From the NCBI RefSeq assembly GCF_964204645.1, contig NC_134026.1, positions 8,827,950-8,891,949 of the forward strand: 64,000 nucleotides of DNA, written 5' to 3'. Positions 38,001 through 49,834 of the stretch are shown here, one piece after another; the stretch's first letter is position 1; each line of letters starts with the position of its first letter. A program made the position numbers and the translations under genes. Below the pieces are notes generated by a model. That model was not told the origin of the DNA, ran no database searches, and saw nothing but the letters and a program-made list of their open reading frames with translations. This DNA is from Tubulanus polymorphus. Its lineage: Eukaryota > Animalia > Nemertea.

Positions 38001-41000
38001 TATATTAAACGATTCTTTGTAAAATGTAAATTTAAAATCATGATCAAGCTAACTGTAGAAACAGCCATAGAAAGACGTAGAAACAGCCATAGAAATGAAC
38101 TGATTGCAAGTTTTATTGAATTCCGCAAGATAACCCGGCCGATTGGGAGAAACGGAGGTATCATTTTTTTTTGGTTTTAAGACAACTCGCTTTAATCATA
38201 TTGAAGAAATATCAGGTCCATTGCACCCGTATTCGACTGATATGCCTACACACCCGATATTCCAAAGCCCAAGCAACCGAGTGTTGTCATATTCCGATGA
38301 ATATTTCATCATCAAGATCCAATATTTTAGAACAACACATGCATCCACGCGTGGTAAGCATATGGTCAAACGTAATCTTCATGAATCGATATCGACACGA
38401 ATGTGGCACTGGATATTTCGAATACAATACGATGTAGCTAATGAGTTATTGTAACAATTAAGAACAGCAGTCTGTAGCGGACCATCCTAAAATATAGACG
38501 AACCATGAACCCTACTAGTAGATGGGACCTTGGAGGATACATATACATACAAAACATCAATGATATCAATCAACGCGTGTTCAAAATTTCCCTAGAAAAC
38601 TTCACAAAAATGTGTGAAAATTGCCGATTTCGGCGAACAACAATGACCGCCAGTTAGCCATCTTGAATCTGCTCGGGCCAGTTTTTGGGCGGCTGCAGAT
38701 ATGTCTAAGGAAGATATTATACAGAAACCCAATATCAAGACAATCCATCGAAGCATCCACTAAACTTCCCAAAATTCCGTTTATGGACCGATGAATGGAC
38801 GAACGACGGAAGAAAAGTGAACGACTAAAGTCCCAAGTGGTCTAAAAATGAGTTTTCAACAGAATAACAGCTTTCGTCTGTTTTCATTCTGCAGTGTTTG
38901 GAATGAATGAAATTTAAATGGCTAAACATGCCAAGTCAGTTGGTTCATCCGATAGCTAAGTAAATATATTTGCTAGGTTTTTGAGGCTTTTGAAGCTTTT
39001 TGGGGTATTATTTTCCTTGACGAAGAACAACATGACTATAAAAAAACCAACTCATGTAGACACATTTAAAAAATTTCATTTCTTTACTACTATATGCCAT
39101 TTTGTATTCATATTTATAAAGTGATGTCGTTCATCGTATGAGGGTGCATTGTCAGATAATTGTACATATTGATAAGGCGTGCGTCGAAATGTTCAAAGCA
39201 AATTGACAATTAGAATAATAACGTTCTACGCCGACTAGTAAAATTGAATCTAATGATACAAGCGGGGTGAACTTTTCGTAAACGCGAAATCCGATGTTCT
39301 AAAAATTTGACTGCCGACTACGAAAATTAAATCTAATCATGCGAGGGGGTGATGAAATCTCGCAAACCCGAAATCTTAAACTTCAAAAAATCCTCAATCG
39401 CTTTAGCAACAATAGCGATCACTGTCATACGAATATATGCGCGTCTCTGATTGGCTGGAATCTTCGCGTTTGAAAGTAACCGCTGGCTACGATATGCCAC
39501 ACTAGATACGGCTTGTGTCTAGTCGGCGTGCGTTGGGTTGGGTTGGGTATCCTTCGTTCTCTGCAGCCCGACATAAAGCTTGTTACATGTATCGCCGCCA
39601 TGCGTTATCGGTAAAACCAAAAATTCATGAATTTTTTTTAAAACTTAACAGCGCTTCGGTTTCCTGATACCAACAACGCGTCTTTCGTTTTTACACTGTG
39701 CATTCAGAAACTTTCGAAACATCTCACAGCCGTGCGATGTCTTCTTTTCAAAATCGGACGTCGTCTTCACATCCTACAAACTTATACTTTAAACTGATGG
39801 TTAGCCCGGCGGAATTGCCCGGAACGTACTATTTGTGGTTTTACCTACCGTACTTGAGTCTCCTTTTCGTTTTCGGATTCACCGGCAATTTGCTGATCGT
39901 GATCATCATGGGACAGCGCGAATTTCGGCGACATTCGTTCAGTCGGATGTTCGTGCAACTAGCGATCAGCGATTCCGTCGTCCTGTCCTCGTACTTTTGC
40001 GGATTTTTGAACGCGTTGTCTGTTCTGTTGAACGGGTGCGTATTTTTTGTATATAACGCGTTGTGCGCGTTTACGATCAGCCCGTGGACGTTGTTCTGAT
40101 AGCCGCCGAGCGAATGTGCGTCGTTTGCTTTCCGTTTCGCGGACCTCGTTTCTGGACGCCGACGACCGCTACCGGATCGTGTTTATCCGTCGTGTGTCTA
40201 GTGGCGTCGGTTTACAGTTACCAACCAGTTCGCGACGGTTGACTTCGCCGACAACGTCGGTTGCATAAGTGACGAACGGAGCCCGATGATGCGGACGATG
40301 CTCATTTCCGTCGTTCCGTTTTGTTTTCTGGTCACCCTTTCGTCGGCGACGTCCGTGACACTATTCCGAAATCGAGACAACAAAACTCGCGCGTCACAGA
40401 AATACTCGAAACAAGTAACCGTGATGGTCTTGTCGGTGTGCGCGTTCTTCATGGTCACGACATTTCCCACTTCTATCGTCGGCCCTTTTTCCTGGAACGA
40501 TTCCCGATTGAAATACATCTTCGGCATCTGTCCCGACATCTTAATACTGAATTACTCGCGAATCTGTACATATATCTGATGTCGGGGAAAAAAATCAGAA
40601 ACGTACTCCGGAATTTACTTTGCAATTAAAACCACCCACGCCGAATATACCATCGCCCGCAAAATTAAACCGTAACCAAAAATCAATTTTCACTAATAAT
40701 CAATAAGTCATCCCAGTTTTACGAACGAGTCTCCGATGGGGAAACATAATTTTACAAATATGAAGTAAATCTAGTGAATCTAGTGAAGACTGCGGAATAA
40801 GGGTATGGGAAAAAAGATATGCTAGGCTAAAAAAATTACACCTTGTTTCTCCCGATCATTCGACCAGGTCATTTTGTAAATTGCAATAAAATTTGTAATC
40901 AGTTCATTTCTATAGCTGCTGGGTCTGTTATGGATACCTTGCTCATGAATTTTTAAAACTGATGTACAGGGTCGATAGGGTTATAAGTTATACAGAGGAG

Positions 41001-44000
41001 GTTCATTTTCTGATAATCATAGTTATGAGAAAAATAACGATAGTTGCATACAGTAAACCAGCTTAAAACTTAAATTCAACTTAATTAAATCAAACTTAAT
41101 TCCGATCATTGGGGACCAATGAAATGAACGAGATATCCGCATCATATTTTTCATACCAAGTAAAATCTGTGTATATGTTTTGTAAATAAAATGGAATCCC
41201 GATTAAACTGATCCTGATGAGTCGGGGTGTATAGAATCAATACAGTTATCGCGTGCTGACCTCGAGAAAAACGTCGAACTGAAAACTTTCCGAGGGATGC
41301 GGCTAGTACACATTGTTGACCATTCATCAATTAAACAATTATATTAATATATTATTATTATTATTATTATCAATCCATTAACTGAATCGTCACTGCGAAG
41401 CGGTTGATAGGTCAGGCACGCATATCAACCTAAGCAGATAGGCCTAACCGTCCACAGGACATTCGTTAGCGCGAGTAGGATATTTACACCTTGTGACTGG
41501 GAACTGACCACTGTGCAAGTAAATTAAGCAGAGAGAGACACAGAGGTGGATCCAGGGTCACTGGAAGGGGGTGTCCACTTCAGTTTTAAACTTTGAAATT
41601 TAGGGCCTTATTCTAAGCTGCATCGCAATTTCGTTGTTTACATACACTTCATAGATTTTTTAAGATAGAATTGATATTTCTAGAATTGGTAGAACTTATA
41701 GCTAATTGCCGAAACAAAATTTGATATAGGCCTATATACTTGATCTTTCTTCAGAATTTATGCGGTCCGTTATATAGAGGACGGAATTTCAAGGACCTCA
41801 ACATTTTAAGGGAGATGACTGGACCCCCATGGACACCCCCTGGATCCGCCGCTGAGAACAACTACTGCTTTTCAAAATGCAAACTGAGGATCATGAATAG
41901 ACAAGACTGGAGAGTTTTTAATCCTTATCCAAGAGCACAATTTCAGCCCTAACAATTAACACAATGGTGCCAAAACATGGAAATCACTTACGACACTATA
42001 AGCGGGATTCACCGGTCGAACATCCGGCTTCAACGGGCGGCGAAAAAATTCGCCCAGATTTTTATAATGTTTCAAATCTTCGATCGCAGCTTCTTCGATA
42101 TTACACCCGAACATCCAGATGTAGAACTTCAGCGCCGGCGATCGCAACCACTTCGGCAGATTCATGTTGTTCATTTTGCCCCAAAGTCGCGAGATCGCTT
42201 TCAACGGCATTTTTCGGTAAAGCGTCACCTGAAAGTAAACGAAACATAGAAACAGAGTTATTTTCACAAATGTAATTAAAAGAATCACATAGTATACAGA
42301 GCAAAGCAGGGGACACACTGGGCAATTTAGTCGCGCGATTTTCGCGCGACGAAATCGTTTAAATCGTCTAGCGTGTCAGGGTCGGTGATTGAGTCGGCCG
42401 GTGATTGAGTCGGCCGATGGAATCGCCGTATCCAACCGGCCAATCACGGCTCTTCAACAATCACGTGATAACTAAAAATGGCGGCTAGATTCATCTGATT
42501 ATTTCGCAACTTGTTGTGAAGCTATCCGAGGGTGAAAATAATGAACCACCTATGAACCACATTAATATTAAACAAATTTGGGGGATACCCGGTTCTCCAA
42601 CTTTCCAAATACTTCATCACGATCCCACATACGAATCACAGTTTCCCGACAACCATTCCGCCCGGAAAGAACCAACCTTTTTCGGGAGAAAGCTCGGGGC
42701 TCGATACCTTTTTATTAAATCGTCTTCGCGAGTTTCGACGTTTAAATCCGCGCAGCGCGTAGTTCAACGTGAAAATTCTGAACAGCAACCGGATCATGTA
42801 AAAACTTCTATACGTCACGTTACTGTTGTACCGCTTCAGTCTGGACCACAGCCGTCGCATCGCGAGCCCAGTTCGTTGTTGCTGATGCAGATGCGGCTGC
42901 TGGTGGCTGTAATACGAATACCTCGAACGCATCGGCGCGTGCTGAACGCGTTTCTTCGGTTTGACAACTCGTACGGGTTGCGTGACGCTGATTTCGAACA
43001 GGTCGCCCGTATCGTCCGAATCGGCCCGGCGCGATTCGCGACAAAGTTCGTCGCGGCGGTTTTTACGTCGCGAATTGTCAAGATTGTCAATCGCCGCGCG
43101 ACTACGACGACGTCGAATCCTTAGAATCACCGCCAAAGGTAAAGCGATGACCACGACGGCGCAGATAGCGAATCCGATAACGAAATCGAGCGGCTCCATC
43201 GTGATAGCGAGAGATTTTCTATTTTCCTACGCAATAGAAATGATCATACGATTATTCTCTGTTTACTCCGAAACGTCCGTCTAACTGAACCGACAAATAA
43301 TAATGAACTAGGACGATAGCACTTCAACCTGCTGATCAAAGATCGAAGTCCACACGATGAACATACGAGCGAAAAACATTTGCCTTTTTATCAATACTCA
43401 GAAATTGTTATTTCGTAATATATATATACACATATATAATATATATACATTTTCACCTTAATTCATATGTGCTGTATAGGCGTTAAACAAACTATGTTTC
43501 CATCTAATAGTTGAAAAAACTTCCTGTATAGCTATGTGTATTCATTCATTAATGGCTCAGCAATTTTGGGTTATCGCATACTTCTGCACTTCATCAACCT
43601 ATTTAATGCTATAAGTTTACCATGCGACTCTTCGAAACTTTGAAATCTGATTTCGCTGATTTCCGAGTACGTTTGAAGTTCAAAGTCGATTTAACTGTAA
43701 ACTTAACAAATCTATCTTTAAAAAAAAGCCTAATGCACCTGGCAAGAAACGAGTCCTTAAACAACTCTTCGAAACTTTGAAATCGTCAACCGAGATTATT
43801 ATTGGAATGAATCCAAGAAACGCTGCAAAAGATTTTTGTTTTTGTCTCATCCAGTCTTCCCATTATCACGCATAGCAAATCGAGAAAGGCCAAAACGTGA
43901 TGAGCAAAGCAATAGGCCTCACACTGACATCAGCGATTTTGATCGATTATGTAATCCACTGCACACATATTTCGCGAAACCACGTTGCCACATTTCGGAA

Positions 44001-47000
44001 CAATGCACACAGTTGTGAAACCAGCCGGGAAAAGCATTCGTCGACTTTCCCATTTCCACAGTTGTTAGTTAACAACACGCTGTGCAGCGGGTTTGCAACC
44101 GATAATCTATCAGCTAGCCGCAGTGAAATTTCAAACCAGACAACATTCTATTTCTAAACCAATTACCGCAATATTGATCGAATAGCTTTCTGAAAGTCAA
44201 ATAGCCAATAGAACGAATGTGGTGACACTGTTAAACACCTCTTCCACAGCAAAACGTTTTTTTTTGCAGTTTGGTGCTAAAATACTAATGTCTTTTTTTT
44301 CTAAAGAAAACAAATTTTGGTTTTTGATTTCGTGTTTATCATACTTCTGTGCGCGTCCAGTTTGAACCAACGGCTTGAGAAGCCTATAGGCCTACACATT
44401 TAGAAAACTGACCACACCGCAACATTCGAAGACTCTCATATTTCGACTTGAAAAAAATGGCCGAAAATGTAACGAGTGCCTCTGAAGATCACAAACGAAA
44501 AACATCCGCGTTAAATCCCGCAGTTATCGAAATATGTCTGATGAAAAATCTCCCACTCGGGTCTTTAATCGGCCCCGATTTGAAAACATATATCTAAGGC
44601 GCGAGAAATGCCACACCAATGATGATGGCTAATAGTCTTTAGCCGAAACGTTGCGCAAACTCTTCTATTTAATATTTCTCTTTCTGGCTGAATTACTGTG
44701 GGATTTCTCGCGATAATTCATCGTAAACACTGATATTGTAAGTAGAGAACCCCACACTGATAAAACGTAAGATGAAGTCCGAAAAGTTTCCTCTAGAGCT
44801 GATGTTTTTATTCATTCGACGTTTCGACACAACCCAATTGTCATCTTCAGGAATACTGCTGAATGAACAAAATTCAGAGATATTTATATATACCATCAAG
44901 AACGTAGAGACAAATAGTAATTAAGAGTGAAGCAAAGTGAAGCAAACTCGGGGAGGGGTGTAATTTACTAAAAAAACAGTGATTATAGTTATAGTTAAGA
45001 GTGAGTGACAATACAAGTTCAGCGAGTTACACTGATATTGTGTGGCTTCTTGACTTACGTACCTTAGGGCGTCTCGCATTGTCGGTGCGCCCGGTAACGA
45101 TAACTCGCCGCGACGTTAACAAAACCCAAACATCGTCGTCGTCAGAGAAATCCTCACCGTAATTTTCAGCGCCAGCAATCGTTATAACAATCTCATATTG
45201 AGATGAAATCATCGCGAACAACGATTTCGTTGAGGTATCGTAACGACGAGACACCGACAATAACAATTCCGCCCACCCACTGATCGATATACCGATGAAT
45301 GCGAGCATCTGTCGCCGGAAAATACGCCGACGAAGATCACCCCATCTAATTTTAATATCGGAAAATCAATCCGCACCGGTGATCACCCGATACGATAATA
45401 ACACGCTAAGGCAAAATCGAGCTGGCAATCGTAATAGCACGTTAGGCAAAATCGAGCTGACAATCGTAATAGCTGGTTAGGCAAAATCGAGCTGACAATC
45501 ATTATAGCACGTTAGGCAAAATCAAGCTGACAATCGTAACAGCACACTAGGCATAATCAAGCCGGCAATCGTAATAGCACGTTAGGTAAAATCGAGCTAG
45601 CAATCGTATTAGCACTTTTCACGATTGCGGGTATTGCGGGGACGAAACTCATTTTTTGACGCCGTAAAAACCCGTTACAATAATGTTTCTATACATAGTA
45701 TGCGTTATCATTTAAGGGGGTTCTGTATGAGTCGATGTGCACTTCATCATAGATATTGAACTTTCAAAATAACAATAACAATTGTGATGGCATTTATTTT
45801 GTTATTGAATATATTTCATACTATTATCATTCATAATTATTATAAGATGTGCACTACGTCATCAATATATCATGGCAACTAGACTGCTTGCCGGTCAATT
45901 CAATTCAATCATCGATATATTCAAATCCAAAATAACTTTATCGATCCTCGATATCATACGATTTATTTTATAGACCTATATTAAGCAATATATGCGTCAT
46001 TTTTCAAGGCGTCAATAAACTTTCGAGTTAGTTTTCTTGTCATCCCTCGACCTACTGGGCGCAAACGAATGTATCATCTAATGCAGGCATAAGTGAAAGA
46101 CCTGTTCGTTAGAGGTTAAAGGTCTAATACCATATAAGCCACAGGCCGTAGGATTTCATTTTCTTATGCAACTCACAGTACGATGAACTGCTCTTTTGAG
46201 ACTGATCGCGACTAGTCGTACACACCCACTTAGCGCCATTTGAGAAGCACTTTCAGGGCTTTTACCCCCTAGAAAAAGCTTTTTACGGCAATATCCTCAC
46301 TTTATCCGTTCAAAAACGTTCAGAACCGACAGCTTTTAGCTTTAGTACGATCACTTGTACACTTATACCGGCTGCTACATCTTATCTCCCATTTTAAAAC
46401 AACTTGAAAACTTTTTTTGTTGTTGATTGAACGATGTTGGCCCCATCCCATTTAGGCGTTGTGATGACTGGTGACTGTATGACTAAACTGTATGACTGGT
46501 CTATAGCCACTGCAAAAATCATCAATGCTAAAAAACTTCATAGTAAAAAAAACAACAATAAATCTATAGATTTGCAACATTCTTAAATTCGAGGCCCAAA
46601 AATCAATTTTCAAGACCATAGTGCTAAATTCAAGACTATTCATTTTGATGATTCCAGAAGGCTATTCAAGAATTTCAAGGCCCCCTACGAAACCTGAGGG
46701 ACCGTAAAACCATCACAGTTAATCCGAAAATAGTATAGAATATAGACTTATGGATCCAGTTCCACAGTTGTGAGTTAGAGTTAACTCTGAGTTAAAATTA
46801 GTTCATTTTCAATGCGTTAACTCAAGAGTCAAATCTTAACTCGGAACTGTGGAACTGGACCATGATTTTCAAACCTGACACGTGTATAATCCAGGATCCA
46901 GTTCCACAGTCGTGAGTTAAGATTTGACTCGGAGTTAACTTGTCGAAAATGAACTAATTTTAACTCGGAGTTAACTGTAACTCACAACTGTGGAACTGGG

Positions 47001-49834
47001 TCCAGTTTAATACAAAATGATACCAAACAAAAAACAATACTTGCGTTAACCAGAATGCGCAGATTTTTTTTAACATCAGTTTTCTTAACAAATCCCGGAC
47101 ACATCCACGAATGCCTTTTGGCCATGAAAGCTTCCTTTTAGGAACCACAATCGAATAACTGACCACCACAAATCGGTTAGATGACTTGCCTCTAACAAAT
47201 AGGCTGATACAATGTACATCTGTTTCAGGCACCAGATTTCACTTAAAATTTCAATTTACTAATTATACAGCGACTCGTCCATCTTCAGATGTTGAATGTA
47301 CTTCAAATATTACTTTTCCGGTGCTAGTTAGTTTCTAAATGGTACTTTAACCATCTCCCGGCTTTAACCCATTAGCACTCAAGAATTTCATTATGTAATG
47401 TCTATTACTCCGCAGAAAATTCAAGGGAAACTCCAAGTTCATCACAATGCAGAATTAGCTCATTCCCAGTTGATTTTCATGTGTTGCAAGTTTGTGTTAT
47501 TTTGTAGTAAATAGTCAAGGCTTTCATTCAAGATTTGATAGGATGAGCCAAAATCGTGACCCTTTGCCCCCCAAAATGCATCAAAATGTACTTGGATAGA
47601 AGTGAGCGCTCAGATCTGTCATGTTCTTACACCAAATACTCGAGAAAAACAAATAGAAAGATGCTGATTTCTGTACGGTATTCTGAAAAACTTTACTTTA
47701 TCATAAGCTATTGGGTTCGAATCCCACTATAACCGTTTAGACAAAAAATGTCAGGGCTGTTTTGCGCGGTTTGAGGAGTAATAGGCAGGGCGGATACGGG
47801 TGGCTTGAGTGCTAATGGGTTAATAAGCGATGACCTAAGATCTGAGAGGGTCCGAGGGTACGATGGCCACTTGTAGAAACGCTTGATAATTTGAAAATTT
47901 CAATACTCAATGCAAGATACCATAATCAATTACCTTGAAATTCATGGCATACATAGAGTTACAAATGAGTTACACTTTTGCAATAGATTGTGGTTACAAA
48001 ATATGCCTAGCGGTAGGTGTTAATAGTCTATACATGGAAACACCATGTTATTCCACTATGGAGTCATTCATTTATTACGTACGCATCAAGGGAGGGGGAG
48101 GGGACAGTGCAATTGCGTACTGTAATGCTTAATGTATATGAAAAAATGGCTGATTTTGCGTACAGAGGGGGAGGGGGGTTGAGAAACTCTTAAAAAATTT
48201 TATGCGTACGTAATAAATGAATGATCCCTATTCGAACTAGTGAAGATACACGTATAAACCAAAAAGACAATCCCGTCTTAAAAACTTCCCAGATTACGAC
48301 AGACGGACAAATGGACCGACGATAGTGGGGTCTAAAAAAGAAATACATCGAACGTTACTTACTGTTGTAGTTTTCTCATTGATCACGAAAGCCTCGTATG
48401 CCATAAAACCCAGTCCAAATCCGGCGGGTATTGTTATCAGGAACAGTTTGCCGCCGAATCGCGACTTAGAAGCTGTCGTAGCGGCAATATGAACTGATCG
48501 TTCTGCGAGAAAAGCGAAAACATTTCTTATTTCCAATAAAAGAGCGGAGATGAAGGATACAGAGTTATACATACACGGGGCTAATTTCTCAAAAGTTAGA
48601 GTTAACTCAGTGACAGTGGACAAATAGATACCACGGTAAGGCTAACAAAATTGATACCTTGTTTCTCATTTCTGCTGAGCTTTAAAGTTGACCCGGCCAC
48701 CCACCTATCAACCCTGTGCATTACTTTTCATCATGATCGAGCTAACCATAACAGACAGAAACAGCTATAGAAATGAACTGATTACAAACGAGTATACTAG
48801 TAGATAGACAAGTATTACTCGTTGGTTGGTACTGATACTATTAACATAGTCAACTTCAGCATTGAGAATGAAGATGAGTTTGTTCACATTGCCAGCCAAT
48901 CAGCGACTGTGTCATTCTCGTGCGCCAGAGTGCAGATATCTAACAATGAAATATCTAAACAGAGGTGCTCACCAGAGCCAACCTTCCCAGCATCTAAACC
49001 ATCATTATACCTATCCAGGAAGAAAGACACTAAATATTTTGATGGATATATGAAAGCTGTGGGTAGTGAAGTGTGATCTGTGATTAGTCATAACATTTTA
49101 GAAATGGCCAGAATTTTAACTTAGGTTCTATCTCATTTTTATTTTATAATTGCGATTGGTATAATATTTTTTTAAACGGCCGTTAAGGCTTCATGTTTCG
49201 TCTGCAATTCACTGCAAATAGTTACGCAACTACACACATTTCAGTGTTTTTAGCAGCTGTACACTCAATCGGCACCGTTCGTGACTAGCTTCACTGCGGA
49301 ATTATCATCAATTAACATCGCCATATCACATCATCAACTTATATTGTGCCTTAAAACCCTAACAGCCGAAATAATTGAAATGCACACACGATTTCTATCA
49401 TTGAAAATTGAGAGAGTGGCCATGTTTGTGTTTGCTGCTTCGCGTAAATACCGCGCGGTGGCGCAACCGCGCGGAGTGGGGCCGATACGTCCAGTGAATA
49501 GGACCCCACAATGAATAGGAGTATATTCATACACAGTATATATCATCCTTATCATATGTATGACTACATGTATACCGATTCACGAGTAGGCCTGTATTCA
49601 TAGTGGCACTGCCAGTGACTGTGGAGACAGAACAGGCAGTACCTGTGCAGTATAGGTCTACTAGTGCCGGCAACATGTTGTCAGGCTCTTGTCTGGTTCA
49701 TAAACAAACTTACCACATATCAAGCGTGACACATCGAGATCGCATGGCGACTTTTTCGAACGAAGCAAACAGTTGCGATCGCAATACTTCCAAACAAGGC
49801 TTCTGGTGCCAGCGAATGCACTTCCACGATACAT
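35070..49834 (-). CDS. PISD: Phosphatidylserine decarboxylase proenzyme (mitochondrial-type isoform)
   Basis: Exons 49834-49714, 48502-48363, 42228-41992, 37401-37068, 36326-36166 and 35297-35070 join in phase. Motifs [50 protein letters not shown] and the autocleavage motif [12 protein letters not shown]. The two 5' exons are less certain. Confidence 0.93.
38575..38848 (+). mobile_element. 3' fragment of the HINE-like element at 52652-53888
   Basis: Colinear similarity with 53610-53885 (ggcgaacaacaatg...gggccagtttttggg...aaagtgaacg...agtcccaagtgg). Confidence 0.75.
39736..40629 (+). pseudogene. Intronless rhodopsin-class (peptide-receptor-like) GPCR with three frameshifts, antisense within a PISD intron
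   Basis: TM1 [14 protein letters not shown]2 [12 protein letters not shown]3 ISPWTL / [16 protein letters not shown]5 [11 protein letters not shown]6 [13 protein letters not shown]7 LNYS / [14 protein letters not shown]. The frame switches at ~40093, ~40222 and ~40558. Confidence 0.85.
41543..41853. mobile_element. hAT-like MITE
   Basis: TIR cagaggtggatccagg / cctggatccgccgctg. Confidence 0.62.
42708..43199 (-). CDS. PISD: Probable alternative first coding exon of PISD (164 aa, N-terminal hydrophobic anchor)
   Basis: ATG at 43199, exon-like CpG-rich composition, and a phase-0 donor AAG/gtatcg at 42708 compatible with the phase-0 acceptor at 42228 (...FNKK|VTLYRKMP). Confidence 0.68.
44700..45030 (-). 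mobile_element. Penelope-like pseudo-LTR remnant
   Basis: Minus-strand order is a TATA-like tatataaat, a hammerhead motif, then aataaa. Confidence 0.55.
44814..44854 (-). ncRNA. Minimal type I hammerhead ribozyme motif
   Basis: attc CTGAAGA t gaca-attgggttg-tgtc GAAA c gtc gaat: intact core, GUC site, 4-bp stems I and II. Confidence 0.7.
45395..45617. repeat. 35-bp minisatellite, ~6 copies
   Basis: Unit tagcacgttaggcaaaatcgagctgacaatcgtaa; ggcaaaatcga recurs at 45410, 45445 and 45480. Confidence 0.92.
47368..47819. mobile_element. piggyBac-like MITE
   Basis: TTAA-cccattagcactcaag...cttgagtgctaatggg-TTAA, a perfect 16-bp TIR. Confidence 0.85.
48058..48230. mobile_element. Short MITE
   Basis: TIR tcattcatttattacgtacgca / tgcgtacgtaataaatgaatga. 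Confidence 0.75.

Noticed and set aside
41205-41285. CTGATGA followed by gaaaaacgtc as another hammerhead
   Set aside because: No convincing stem II or stem I; spacing too long.
42516-43284. Plus-strand 202-aa and 107-aa ORFs
   Set aside because: Antisense to the CpG-rich alternative PISD exon; no ATG start or recognisable domain.
47705-47735. tRNA gene at gggttcgaatccc
   Set aside because: Isolated B-box inside a MITE with no cloverleaf.
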